A DNA stretch of 64,000 bases, from assembly GCA_022711115.1 (NCBI GenBank), contig JAKLFP010000001.1, positions 197,183 through 261,182 of the forward strand. The letters run 5' to 3'. Source of the stretch: Candidatus Omnitrophota bacterium. GTDB taxonomy: Bacteria; Omnitrophota; Omnitrophia; Omnitrophales; Aquincolibacteriaceae. The notes under the pieces are model-generated. The model worked only from the letters and a program-made list of their open reading frames with translations, did not search any database and was not told where the DNA came from. Of this stretch, positions 1 to 10,718 are shown in pieces. Position numbers and translations under genes: made by a program. Every line of letters begins with the position of its first letter. Position 1 is the first letter of the stretch.

Positions 1-35
1 AACGGTCGCAATCGCTAAAAAAACAAGGACCTTTT

Positions 36-1382
<1,347 letters not shown>

Positions 1383-1541
1383 TCATTCCCGAATGTCTTT
1401 CCGCTAAAGGACGGCTTTGTCCCTTGGCTGATTTCGCGAATCTATGGCTCCCCGCTAAAAACTGACGGGAACGACAAGGCAAGAAAACCGATAAATCAGA
1501 CGCTGATTATAGCAAATCCGCAGGGGGTGTCCAGCTTGCTT

Positions 1542-2135
1542 CTATAGCTTGAGGGATGATCCTTTTATTTTTCCCGAAAGGACTAAATTTAACGCCTCTG
1601 GATAAATCTCGTATTCGGCATCATGAACACGAGTTTCAAGGGTTTGAAGCGTGTCCCCAGAAAGTATGGGGACTTTGCGCTGGAGAATGATCGGACCGGT
1701 ATCCACACCACAATCCACAAAATGAACCGTGACACCGGTCTCTTGGACCTTTGCATCCCAGGCATCCTTGATCGCATGAGCTCCCGGAAAAGCCGGCAAA
1801 AGTGCGGGGTGGATATTGATAACGCGGCCCCAGTTTTTTTTGACAAATCCCTCGGTCAAAACACGCATAAACCCAGCCAGCACAATAAGATCGATCTTAT
1901 GAAATTCCAGACATTCCTCGAGGGCTTTGTCAAAAGCTACCCGGTCCGCATACGCTTTGTGGTCAATCACAATCGCCTTGACGCCAAGCGCAGTCGCCTT
2001 TTCAAGGGCTTTTATCCCTGGTTTATTGGAGATGACAATCGCAGGGTCCGCCTGGATTTTGCCGGCCTTGATCTGTTTGACCAGATTTTCCATGTTGGTG
2101 CCAGATCCAGAAACTAAAAATGCGATTCTTTTCAT
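1542..2135 (-). CDS. purN: Phosphoribosylglycinamide formyltransferase
   Basis: 197 aa; MKRIAFLVSGSGTNMENL ... HFVDCGVDTGPIILQ typical PurN formyl-transferase fold. Confidence 0.85.
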   Translation of the reverse strand: MKRIAFLVSGSGTNMENLVKQIKAGKIQADPAIVISNKPGIKALEKATALGVKAIVIDHKAYADRVAFDKALEECLEFHKIDLIVLAGFMRVLTEGFVKKNWGRVINIHPALLPAFPGAHAIKDAWDAKVQETGVTVHFVDCGVDTGPIILQRKVPILSGDTLQTLETRVHDAEYEIYPEALNLVLSGKIKGSSLKL

Positions 2136-2830
2136 ATTGATTTCCTTTTTGGGAGGACTTGTTTGCGGCCTTTGCCGCTTACCAAAACCACCATCTCTCC
2201 TTTTCGGGGATGCCCTTCAACCTCTTGAACCAATTCGGAAAGATTCCCGCGAAGAACTTCCTCGAATTTTTTTGTGAGTTCTCGCGCTAACGCCGCCTCA
2301 CGATCACCAAAAACTTCCAGCATATCTTTCAGCGTTTTGACAATCCTGAAGGGTGATTCAAAAAAAATGAGTGTTTCCTCGCGTTCCGCTAACGTCCGCA
2401 GTTCCTTTTTTCGCTGTTGTCCTTTATTGGATAAAAAACCCAGAAAGCTGAAACTGTCGCACGGAAGACCGCTTAACACCAGCGCCGTGTCCACCGCCGA
2501 GGGCCCCGGCAGTACTTCAAACGGCAAATGATTCTCAAGCAATCGGTGCACCACGCAAAAACCGGGATCGGAAATGAGCGGCATACCCCCGTCAGACACA
2601 AGCGCCAATCGTTTCCCCTCTTTCAAAAGAACTGCAATCTCATCCACTCGTCCGCCGGGACTATGCTCATGATAACTGAGAAGCGGCTTGGAAATGCCAT
2701 GATGCTGCAAAAGTTTTTGGGTCTGACGCGTGTCCTCACAAATGATCATGTCCGCCTGCTTCAGAGCTTCCAAAGCCCTTATTGTGATGTCCGAAAGATT
2801 ACCGATGGGCGTGGGAACAATACTCAACAT
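2132..2830 (-). CDS. rsmI: 16S rRNA (cytidine1402-2'-O)-methyltransferase RsmI (tetrapyrrole methylase fold)
   Basis: 232 aa; LSIVPTPIGNLSDITIRALEAL...ICEDTR motif; 4-nt overlap with purN. Confidence 0.8.
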   Translation of the reverse strand: MLSIVPTPIGNLSDITIRALEALKQADMIICEDTRQTQKLLQHHGISKPLLSYHEHSPGGRVDEIAVLLKEGKRLALVSDGGMPLISDPGFCVVHRLLENHLPFEVLPGPSAVDTALVLSGLPCDSFSFLGFLSNKGQQRKKELRTLAEREETLIFFESPFRIVKTLKDMLEVFGDREAALARELTKKFEEVLRGNLSELVQEVEGHPRKGEMVVLVSGKGRKQVLPKRKSI

Positions 2831-2836
2831 AACGGG

Positions 2837-3844
2837 CTAGCGATTCCTTTCGAGCACATAATCTGCAAGCTGCTCAAGGCTCGTACGATAATCAGACAAC
2901 GGAAAGTATTCGAGTTCACGTTTCGCCATGATAATAAATGTCTGTGCCTTTTGAAGCGTATAATCCAGCGCCCTGCTCTTTTCAAGGAGATCCTTCAGCA
3001 TGGGAAAACGCCTTTTTTGATTCCGGGAATAAAGAATACGAACCACCTTATCCCGGTCTCCCGACATCAAGGACCGAATGACGGGAAGTGTGTAAACCCC
3101 TTCTTCCAGGTCAGAGCCGAGGGTTTTTCCAAATTCGCTTTCTTCACCCTTAAAATCAAGGTAATCATCGACAAGCTGAAAAGCTGTGCCGAAACAAATC
3201 CCGAAGCGCCCCAAGGCTGCGAGCGAGGGTTCGTCCGCGCCCCAAATCAAAGCTCCCGTTTGAAGCGCGCAGGCGAGAAGAGAGGCTGTTTTTTTCTGGA
3301 TAATTTCGATGTGGGCTTCTTCTGTCATATTGATATTTTTTTTCTCGCTAATCTCCTGGATTTCGCCTTCGCAAATCTCACCGGCAGTTCGCAGGAAAAT
3401 CGGAATGATCCCGTCATTGCCGTAGCGAAAAATCGTTTCGACGGCACGATCGTGAAAAAAATCTCCGGCAAGCACGGCCGCTTGGGGTCCCGATTTAATG
3501 TGAAGCGCCGAAATACCCCGCCTTAACGGAGCTGAATCAATAATATCGTCATGAATAAGCGTTGCGGCATGAAAAATCTCGGTAGCCGCAGCAAGGTAAA
3601 GTTCTGCCGTCTCATTCCTCTCGGAAGGAATTTTTGATCCGACCTGCAGAGACCTTGAAAGACCGGCTCCTAAAAGAACCAAAGCCGGCCTCAAAAGTTT
3701 GCCGGTTTTTGAAAAAAAGTGATAAACCATCTCACGCATTTTAGGAACCGGCGTGTCGAGACATTCCAGAATCAGACTGGGAACCCGCTTGAGGGTTTCC
3801 TGCACAGGTCTATAAATATCTTCAAGGGTCAGTACCGGGCTCAT
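2837..3844 (-). CDS. Polyprenyl (octa/heptaprenyl) diphosphate synthase, IspB-like
   Basis: 335 aa; first DDxxD motif LIHDDIIDSAPLRRG and second QLVDDYLDF motif. Confidence 0.8.
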   Translation of the reverse strand: MSPVLTLEDIYRPVQETLKRVPSLILECLDTPVPKMREMVYHFFSKTGKLLRPALVLLGAGLSRSLQVGSKIPSERNETAELYLAAATEIFHAATLIHDDIIDSAPLRRGISALHIKSGPQAAVLAGDFFHDRAVETIFRYGNDGIIPIFLRTAGEICEGEIQEISEKKNINMTEEAHIEIIQKKTASLLACALQTGALIWGADEPSLAALGRFGICFGTAFQLVDDYLDFKGEESEFGKTLGSDLEEGVYTLPVIRSLMSGDRDKVVRILYSRNQKRRFPMLKDLLEKSRALDYTLQKAQTFIIMAKRELEYFPLSDYRTSLEQLADYVLERNR

Positions 3845-3892
3845 AAGAAGATGGGTATTATAACAAAAATCCTTTCCAGCCAGAGTGATATT

Positions 3893-4759
3893 TCATCGAT
3901 CTATAAAAGATCCTACCTCTTTTGCAAGAGCAAAAAATTGTTCCAGAGAAAGCTCTTCCCCGCGCACCTGAAGGGCCCATCCAAGCCGGGAGAAAATAAG
4001 CTCAAGGTCTCTCCGGTGAATCCTGAATTGAAAGTGATGCACAAGCAGCGAAAGAAGTGTTTTTCGTCTCTGGCTGAAGGCGACTCGGATCACATCTAAA
4101 AGAAGTTCGTCCTTTGGGACACAAATCTTGGCAGGGAACGGGCGAAATTCAAACGAGATCACACGCGACATGACTTGAGGATGCGGCAAAAAGCAGGAAG
4201 GAGAAACATCAAAAAGAAATTTCGTTTCCCCGTAGAGCCTTCCGGTCACACTGAGACGGCTATAATCCTCATCACCGGCTTTGGCTGAAAGGCGCAACGC
4301 CACTTCCTTCTGTAGCATCAAAACCGCCTTCGAAAACACTGCCGCGTGTTCAATGAGATGAAAAAGGATCGGCGTGCTGATGTAATACGGCAAATTTCCG
4401 ATGACTTTCACTTTTACCTTTTTGCCGGCATGATTGCTGACGAGTTGGGCGAGATCGCTTTTTAAGATGTCCTCATGGATAAGCTTAAAACGTCCGCCAT
4501 AGTCTGGAACAAGCTCCTGGTTCAGCACTTCCACAAACTTAGGGTCTTTTTCAATGGCCAGTACGGGAAAACCACGCTTTAAAATTTCATGCGTTACGGC
4601 GCCAAGCCCCGGCCCAATCTCAAAAACAGATGCTCCCGGCTCAAGATCCAGAGCATCCACAATTTTGCGAATGATATTCGGATCGAGAAGAAGATGCTGC
4701 CCTAAATGACCGCGGATTTTCAGGTTGTATTTTTTAAGCAGTTCAATCTGCGTGAGCAT
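3893..4759 (-). CDS. rsmA: 16S rRNA (adenine1518/1519-N6)-dimethyltransferase RsmA/KsgA
   Basis: 288 aa; SAM-binding VFEIGPGLGAVT, KsgA-like C-terminal domain; sits downstream of pdxA as in E. coli. Confidence 0.85.
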   Translation of the reverse strand: MLTQIELLKKYNLKIRGHLGQHLLLDPNIIRKIVDALDLEPGASVFEIGPGLGAVTHEILKRGFPVLAIEKDPKFVEVLNQELVPDYGGRFKLIHEDILKSDLAQLVSNHAGKKVKVKVIGNLPYYISTPILFHLIEHAAVFSKAVLMLQKEVALRLSAKAGDEDYSRLSVTGRLYGETKFLFDVSPSCFLPHPQVMSRVISFEFRPFPAKICVPKDELLLDVIRVAFSQRRKTLLSLLVHHFQFRIHRRDLELIFSRLGWALQVRGEELSLEQFFALAKEVGSFIDR

Positions 4760-5753
4760 AACGGGAAAGCGTTAACGATTTTGCAAGGCGGAGGGCCGCG
4801 AGCATGGACGAAGGATCCGCCTTGTCTTGATAAGCGATATCAAAAGCGGTTCCGTGGTCTGGAGAGGTCCGGACATAAGGAAGGCCGAGCGTGATGTTGA
4901 CGCCTTCATTAAAAGCCACCATCTTAAAAGGCCCGAGCGCCTGGTCATGATACATGCAAATCAGCGCATCATATTTCCCGGTATAGGCCGCATGAAAGAG
5001 TTGGTCCGCGGATTGAGGTCCGACAACATCGACCCCTTTTTTTTGAGCCCTGCGGACAGCAGGCTCGATGGTCTTTCCTTCTTCAATGCCGGCTTCTTTC
5101 CCGTGAGGATTCAAAGCACAAACCGCAAGTCTTGGCTTTTTTATGTCAAACCCCCGCCGAAGCGCGTCATGAGTTAATAAAATTTTTTCCTCGATCCCTT
5201 TGGCGCTAAGAAGCATACTCACTTTTTTTAAGGGAACATGGATGGTCGCAAGCGTCACTTTGAGTTTGGAGCTGGAAAACATCATGGCATAATTTTTCAC
5301 TTTTTCTTTTTGAGCGAAAAATTCCGTATGCCCTATAAATTTCTTATCTACAAGCCTCATCGCGGCCTTATTCACCGGTGCGGTCACAATAGCCTGGATG
5401 ATTTTTTGTTTGGCCAAACGAGCAGCCCGTTCGATCGCGGCAAGCGCGAGCGAGCCATTCTCAACGGAGATTTTCCCAATCTGGAATTTTCCGCCTTGCC
5501 GGAGGCCTTTGGAAATATCTAAAAAATAAATGCCTCCCCCTTTCAAGGCGGCCTTCCCCATCCCATTCCATTCCCGAAAAGAGAGAAAGAGCCCGATCCT
5601 TTTCCGCAGTCTCTCACAAACTTCACGCGTGCCGATCACGAGAAAAGCGCAGGATGAGGCGGGCCTTTCTTTTTTGAGGGCTTTTGCGATAATTTCCGGG
5701 CCCACACCGCCGGGATCTCCCATGGTGATCGCAATCACAAAGGGTTTTGACAT
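4743..5753 (-). CDS. pdxA: 4-hydroxythreonine-4-phosphate dehydrogenase
   Basis: 336 aa; MSKPFVIAITMGDPGGVGPEI..., ICMYHDQALGPFK typical PdxA. Confidence 0.85.
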   Translation of the reverse strand: MSKPFVIAITMGDPGGVGPEIIAKALKKERPASSCAFLVIGTREVCERLRKRIGLFLSFREWNGMGKAALKGGGIYFLDISKGLRQGGKFQIGKISVENGSLALAAIERAARLAKQKIIQAIVTAPVNKAAMRLVDKKFIGHTEFFAQKEKVKNYAMMFSSSKLKVTLATIHVPLKKVSMLLSAKGIEEKILLTHDALRRGFDIKKPRLAVCALNPHGKEAGIEEGKTIEPAVRRAQKKGVDVVGPQSADQLFHAAYTGKYDALICMYHDQALGPFKMVAFNEGVNITLGLPYVRTSPDHGTAFDIAYQDKADPSSMLAALRLAKSLTLSRYAHAD

Positions 5754-5831
5754 CGTTTATAACTTTCCTTGGTTTATTTTCAAGGCCGTCCCGTTTTAAA
5801 ATAAAGGATCTTAGCTTGATGGATTAAAGAC

Positions 5832-6800
5832 TTACCGGATCGAAATATAAGCGTTGCGTTTGATTTCTTCCATCCATTCCCGAAAGCGCGTATTGCTTTT
5901 TTGCTGATAAAGATAATTCATGATCTGGTCTTTGACTTCATCCAGTTTTCTTTCCTGGGCCGGTTCTTTAGCCGTCACGCGAAAGATATGATACCCGATG
6001 GGTGTTTCCACGATTTGCGTCAATTGACCGAGGGGTGTGTTAAAAAGCACCTCATCCACAGATTCAATCATAGAACCGCGTTCGATCCAATCCCCGAGAC
6101 CTTCCTGCTTCGCATGGCTGTCCTCGGAAAATCGCTTGATCACTTCCTCGAAATTGTTTTGGAGGCGGATTCTTTGTTCCAGGATTTGAATCTGCTGGGC
6201 GGCCTTCTCATCCGGAATTCCTTTCTCGCGGGCTTCTCCACTTTTCTTGATGGTGAGCGATCGTACCCGAACACGTTCTTTAACTCTAAATTTATCGGGG
6301 TTCTGCTTATAAAAATCCTCTACCTCGACCGGAGAGATGACCACCTTCGCCCGGATCTCACGATCATGAAGCTGACGCACCATGGCTTGTTTCCGGAGCC
6401 TTTCTTTGAAGGCCTTCATAGTCATCCCTTCTTTCTCAAGCATCAGGTCCAGTTCTTCCGGCTTTTCCATCTTCCGTTTAAAATCATCGAACTCTTTCTC
6501 CACATCCTCTTCCTTGACCTCGATCCCCTGTTTCACGGCTTCTTGATAGACCAGCTTGTCCTCGATCATCTGGCTCAGAATCTTCTGCCGTGCCTCCTGG
6601 ACCATCTTCATGAGTTCTTCCCCTTGATATTCCTTGCTGTATGCCTCATAGATAGGCCTGAGAAAGGTATCGAGCTCGGCTTGGGTGATCACTTCATCAT
6701 TGACCACAGCCACCACACGGTCAAGAAGCTCTTGTTCCGCAGCTTGCACTTTTGGAAGTAAAAGAAATACGAGGAAAAACAAAAAAATAATCCGATTCAT
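5832..6800 (-). CDS. surA: SurA-like periplasmic chaperone / parvulin-type peptidyl-prolyl isomerase
   Basis: 322 aa; signal peptide, SurA N-domain, one parvulin PPIase domain (PIGYHIFRV); position upstream of pdxA-rsmA. Confidence 0.75.
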   Translation of the reverse strand: MNRIIFLFFLVFLLLPKVQAAEQELLDRVVAVVNDEVITQAELDTFLRPIYEAYSKEYQGEELMKMVQEARQKILSQMIEDKLVYQEAVKQGIEVKEEDVEKEFDDFKRKMEKPEELDLMLEKEGMTMKAFKERLRKQAMVRQLHDREIRAKVVISPVEVEDFYKQNPDKFRVKERVRVRSLTIKKSGEAREKGIPDEKAAQQIQILEQRIRLQNNFEEVIKRFSEDSHAKQEGLGDWIERGSMIESVDEVLFNTPLGQLTQIVETPIGYHIFRVTAKEPAQERKLDEVKDQIMNYLYQQKSNTRFREWMEEIKRNAYISIR

Positions 6801-6877
6801 AGACGGGTATTATATCATGATTGCTGTGTGCGTAATGTTTAAAGGTTCGTTCCGCCTGCCTGATAGTTTAAATAATT

Positions 6878-8764
6878 CTAATTTTTCGCTTCTTCGACAG
6901 CGGTCTTGAGCATGCGGCAGTAAAGATCGAATCCTACCGCATGGATGAAACCGCTTTGCTCATGCCCTAAAAGGTTCCCTGCCCCGCGAATCTCGAGGTC
7001 TTCCATGGCGATTTTGAAGCCCGAACCAAGTTGTGTGAATTTTTCGATCGCTTGAAGTCTCTTGGCCGCATCCTGGGTCATGACCCAATTTTTAGGTACA
7101 AGAAAATAAGCGTAAGCCTGACGCTGTTCTTTGAATCTTCCGACGCGACCGCGCAACTGATAAAGATCCGCAAGACCGAAACAATCCGCGCGATCCACAA
7201 TCAGGGTGTTCACATTCGGGATATCGATCCCGGATTCAATGATGTTGGTCGAGACAAGGCAATCAATTTCTCCTTTCAGGAATTTCTTTAAAACGCCTTC
7301 CAGCATTTCGACATCCATCTGCCCGTGCATGACCCCCAAGCGCACCGAGGGCAATAACTTTTGAAGACGTTCATAAACCCTCTCAATGGATTGCACTCTG
7401 TTATGAACAAAATAGACTTGTCCTCCGCGCGCCATTTCCCGCTCCACGGCCTGCTTGATAATATTCTCGTGGTATTCCATCACATGCGTTTCAACCGGCA
7501 AGCGATTTTCCGGCGGCGTATCAATCACGGACATATCCCTGACTCCTAAAAGGGCCATATGGAGTGTCCGCGGGATCGGTGTCGCCGTCAGCGTCAGCAC
7601 ATCCACCTGAGTCCTGAGCTGCTTGAGTTTTTCCTTATGCCGCACACCAAACCGCTGCTCTTCATCAATGATCACAAGTCCGAGATCCTTGAATTGAATA
7701 TCCTTGGAAAGAAGCCGGTGCGTCCCAATCACAACATCCGTCGATCCCTGCCGGAGCGACTCCGCAATGACCTTTTGTTGTTTTGGGGTCTGGAATCGCG
7801 ACATGAGTTCGACGGTCACCGGAAAACTTTTGGCACGTTCTTTAAGTAACACATAATGCTGTTCCGCAAGAATGGTCGTGGGCACAAGAAACGCAACCTG
7901 TTTGCCACCCATCACAGCCTTGAACGCGGCGCGCATCGCCACCTCGGTTTTCCCGTACCCCACGTCCCCGCAGAGCAGCCGGTCCATGGGCGAATCCGAT
8001 TCCATGTCCTTTTTGACTTCTCCGATCGCACGCTCCTGTCCGGGCGTTTCCTCAAACGGAAATTCTTCCTCAAATTGTTTTTGCCAGGGCACATCTTTGG
8101 GAAAAGCCAGTCCCTTCATAAGATTCCGCTTCGCCTGGATCTCAAGCAAATCTTTAGCAACCCGGTGAAGCGCGGTCCGCGTGCGCTGTTTGATTCTTTC
8201 CCATTCTTTGGTATTCAGTTTCGTCAGTTTCGGCGCCATGCCGGAGCCGCCGACATAACGTTCGAGAGGTTCTTCCATGGAAAGGTAAAGGATTTCCTTG
8301 TCCGCGTATTCAATCGCATAGCACCGGGTCTTTTGTCCCTGCATCTGAATGACCTTGGTACCCAGAAAACACCCGATGCCGTAATGCAAATGCACCACAT
8401 AATCGCCGCGGTCCAGTTCCTTGACCCCCACGACAGGTTCAAAAGATTCCAGGCGTTCTTCAAGACGGCGGATTTTTTTCTGAAGCATCTCGGTAAGCGG
8501 GATGAGAAAAACTTCTTCGAACGAGGTCAGGCTTTTGCCTTCTGCGAGGGAAAAATCGCGGATCTGGACGATCACTTCGCCGTGGAATTCAAGACGGACG
8601 GGAAGCCGGTACGTCACGGGGTAAATATCCACTAGCCCGCCGCGAACCGCGAATTCCCCTGGAAGTGTGACGAATTCCTTCTTGTGATATTTCAGCTCAA
8701 GAAGCAATTCCTCGATTTTGTGAATCGGGATCTCAGTTCCGATTCTCAGACGTTTGATGTCCAC
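6878..8764 (-). CDS. mfd: Mfd-like transcription-repair coupling factor, short form (lacks UvrB-homology N-domains and C-terminal D7)
   Basis: 628 aa; CarD/TRCF RNAP-interacting domain (DRGDYVVHLHYGIGCFLG), SF2 motifs GDVGYGKTEVA, DEEQRFGV, TRG-like QLRGRVGR; no room upstream or downstream for the missing domains. Confidence 0.8.
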   Translation of the reverse strand: MDIKRLRIGTEIPIHKIEELLLELKYHKKEFVTLPGEFAVRGGLVDIYPVTYRLPVRLEFHGEVIVQIRDFSLAEGKSLTSFEEVFLIPLTEMLQKKIRRLEERLESFEPVVGVKELDRGDYVVHLHYGIGCFLGTKVIQMQGQKTRCYAIEYADKEILYLSMEEPLERYVGGSGMAPKLTKLNTKEWERIKQRTRTALHRVAKDLLEIQAKRNLMKGLAFPKDVPWQKQFEEEFPFEETPGQERAIGEVKKDMESDSPMDRLLCGDVGYGKTEVAMRAAFKAVMGGKQVAFLVPTTILAEQHYVLLKERAKSFPVTVELMSRFQTPKQQKVIAESLRQGSTDVVIGTHRLLSKDIQFKDLGLVIIDEEQRFGVRHKEKLKQLRTQVDVLTLTATPIPRTLHMALLGVRDMSVIDTPPENRLPVETHVMEYHENIIKQAVEREMARGGQVYFVHNRVQSIERVYERLQKLLPSVRLGVMHGQMDVEMLEGVLKKFLKGEIDCLVSTNIIESGIDIPNVNTLIVDRADCFGLADLYQLRGRVGRFKEQRQAYAYFLVPKNWVMTQDAAKRLQAIEKFTQLGSGFKIAMEDLEIRGAGNLLGHEQSGFIHAVGFDLYCRMLKTAVEEAKN

Positions 8765-8781
8765 CTTTTCTCATCTCCTCA

Positions 8782-8808
8782 GTGACAGTCCCTTTAGGTG
8801 ACTGTCAC
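8782..8808. promoter_or_regulatory. Perfect 9-bp inverted repeat GTGACAGTC-N9-GACTGTCAC between aminotransferase stop and mfd start
   Basis: read directly; T-rich flank on plus strand, mfd RBS on minus strand immediately adjacent. Confidence 0.4.
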
Positions 8809-8939
8809 CAATTTTTCACCAATTTTCCGGATATTAAAACTCTAAAAAATGAGATTACCTTGAGAAAATTGTAGCACAAAAAAGAACTACGGCACTATGC
8901 CTTAAGGAAAAATTGGAAAAGGATGAAAAAAGGAGGGTT

Positions 8940-10124
8940 TTAAGCGGGAACGGTTTGTTTTTTGGCCCAGGCAGCGATGCGTTGGACCGCAGCTTCGATG
9001 TCTTTTTCAGAGGTGGCAAAGCTCATGCGAATATGATGGACGCTGCCAAACGGTTCGCAGGGAATGACCGCCACATGGACTTCTTCGAGGAGTTTTTTGG
9101 CGACGTCAAAAGCGCTCAAACCCGTTGCTTGAATATCCACGAACAAATAAAAAGCGCCGCTCGGTTTGAAAGGTTTGAAAGACGGCACCGTTTTTAGCAA
9201 AGAAATGAAAAAATCGCGGCGTTTCTGGAAAACCGTGAGCATCTTGACCGCCTCCGCATCTCCTTTGTCAAGCGCGACAACGCCTCCCGGCTGCGTAAAA
9301 GAAACAGGATTGGATGTCGAATGACTCTGAATACTTTCCACAGCCTTAGCAAGCGCCTTGTCCGGCATGGCCGCATAGCCTAACCGCCATCCTGTCATCG
9401 CGTAGGCTTTGCTGTGTCCGTTCACAACGATGGTGCGTTTGGCAATTTCGGGATCCAGTGACGCAATGGAAACATGTTTTAATCCGTCAAAAATGAGTTT
9501 CTCGTAAATTTCATCGCTCAGCACCATGACATGAGGATGTTTGTGAAGCACCTTGCAAAGAGCCAGAAGCTCCTCTTTGGTATAAACTGCGCCTGTGGGG
9601 TTTGAAGGAGAGTTCAAAATCAAGACCTTGGAACGAGGATTCAAAACCTTTTCAAGCATTGGCGCCGTAATCTTGAAACTCGTTTTTTCATCTGTTTGAA
9701 TAAAAACATTCGTACCGCCGAGCACCGTGACCATTTCGGGGTAACTTAGCCAGAAAGGCGAAGGAATAATCACCTCATCCCCGGGGTTGAGAAGGGCAAA
9801 CAACACATTAAAAATAGCGTGCTTGGCGCCCGTTCCTACCACGATTTGATCCGGCGTAAAATCAAGCCCCTGGTCACGTTTCAGTTTGCGGCAGATGGCC
9901 TGACGCAGTTCTATCGTACCCGGCACCGGGGTATATTTTGTGAATCCTTTTTGGAGGGCTTCAACGGAAGCATCTTTGATGAAGGAAGGAGTATCAAAAT
10001 CAGGTTCCCCGGCGCTAAGGGAAATAACATCGATCCCCTGGGCTTTCATTTCTTTCGCTTTAGCTGCGATCGCAAGAGTGACCGAAGGTTTTACCGCTAG
10101 AACTCTTTTGGAAAGTTCCATCAA
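8940..10124 (-). CDS. Aspartate/aromatic aminotransferase (class I PLP-dependent)
   Basis: 394 aa; SNPTG, PLP-lysine context GHSKAYAMTGWRLGY. Confidence 0.85.
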   Translation of the reverse strand: MMELSKRVLAVKPSVTLAIAAKAKEMKAQGIDVISLSAGEPDFDTPSFIKDASVEALQKGFTKYTPVPGTIELRQAICRKLKRDQGLDFTPDQIVVGTGAKHAIFNVLFALLNPGDEVIIPSPFWLSYPEMVTVLGGTNVFIQTDEKTSFKITAPMLEKVLNPRSKVLILNSPSNPTGAVYTKEELLALCKVLHKHPHVMVLSDEIYEKLIFDGLKHVSIASLDPEIAKRTIVVNGHSKAYAMTGWRLGYAAMPDKALAKAVESIQSHSTSNPVSFTQPGGVVALDKGDAEAVKMLTVFQKRRDFFISLLKTVPSFKPFKPSGAFYLFVDIQATGLSAFDVAKKLLEEVHVAVIPCEPFGSVHHIRMSFATSEKDIEAAVQRIAAWAKKQTVPA

Positions 10125-10132
10125 AAAAGCCT

Positions 10133-10699
10133 TTACTGGTCGTCGCCTTTTAGGAATTTTCGAAGCTTGCCAAGAAAACCGCCTCTTTTTTCCGAATCCG
10201 GCTTCTCAACCGGCTTCGGAGTCTCGGCTTCCTTCTTTTTTTCCGTAACCGTTTTGGCTGTTTCTTTTAAAGACGGTTTGTCGTCAACTTTTTCTTCCGG
10301 TTTTTTTTCTTTCTTTTTCTTGGCTTTTTTGGCCGGCGCTTCAAACACAGCCGTCCATTCCAAAAGCGCTTTTTGCGCACCGTCTCCCGGGCGAAGCCCT
10401 AGCCGGAGGACGCGGGTGTACCCGCCTTGACGATCCTTGAATTGCGGCGCAATCTTCTTAATAAGCAAATCCGCAACATCCGCATTGCCTAACTTGGAGA
10501 TCAGAAGACGTCGGGCATGAAGTCCGTCCTTTTTGGCGATCGTGACCATCTTATCCGCAAAGGCACTGGTTTCTTTTGCTTTTGCGTGCGTAGTCTCGAT
10601 ACGTTTCTTTAACACAAGAGCCCGCAATAAGTTGCGAAGCAGGGCTTTTCGATGATCGCTTTTTACTCCTAATTTCCTTCGAAGTCGACGATGACGCAT
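10133..10699 (-). CDS. rplQ: 50S ribosomal protein L17 with ~65-aa Lys/Glu-rich C-terminal extension
   Basis: 188 aa; MRHRRLRRKLGVKSDHRKALLRNLLRAL...; tail AKKAKKKKEKKPEEK...GFLGKLRKFLKG. Confidence 0.9.
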   Translation of the reverse strand: MRHRRLRRKLGVKSDHRKALLRNLLRALVLKKRIETTHAKAKETSAFADKMVTIAKKDGLHARRLLISKLGNADVADLLIKKIAPQFKDRQGGYTRVLRLGLRPGDGAQKALLEWTAVFEAPAKKAKKKKEKKPEEKVDDKPSLKETAKTVTEKKKEAETPKPVEKPDSEKRGGFLGKLRKFLKGDDQ

Positions 10700-10718
10700 G
10701 ATGGTTCCTTATATATGT

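Noticed and set aside
2528-3526. 332-aa plus-strand ORF
   Set aside because: It lies entirely antisense to the well-supported ispB-like gene. It has no recognisable motifs and is a typical shadow ORF.
5901-6761. 286-aa plus-strand ORF
   Set aside because: It is antisense to surA. The sequence is low-complexity, Leu/Phe-rich nonsense.
7856-8635. 259-aa plus-strand ORF (and the other small ORFs 7031-8463)
   Set aside because: It is antisense to mfd and shows no domain signal.
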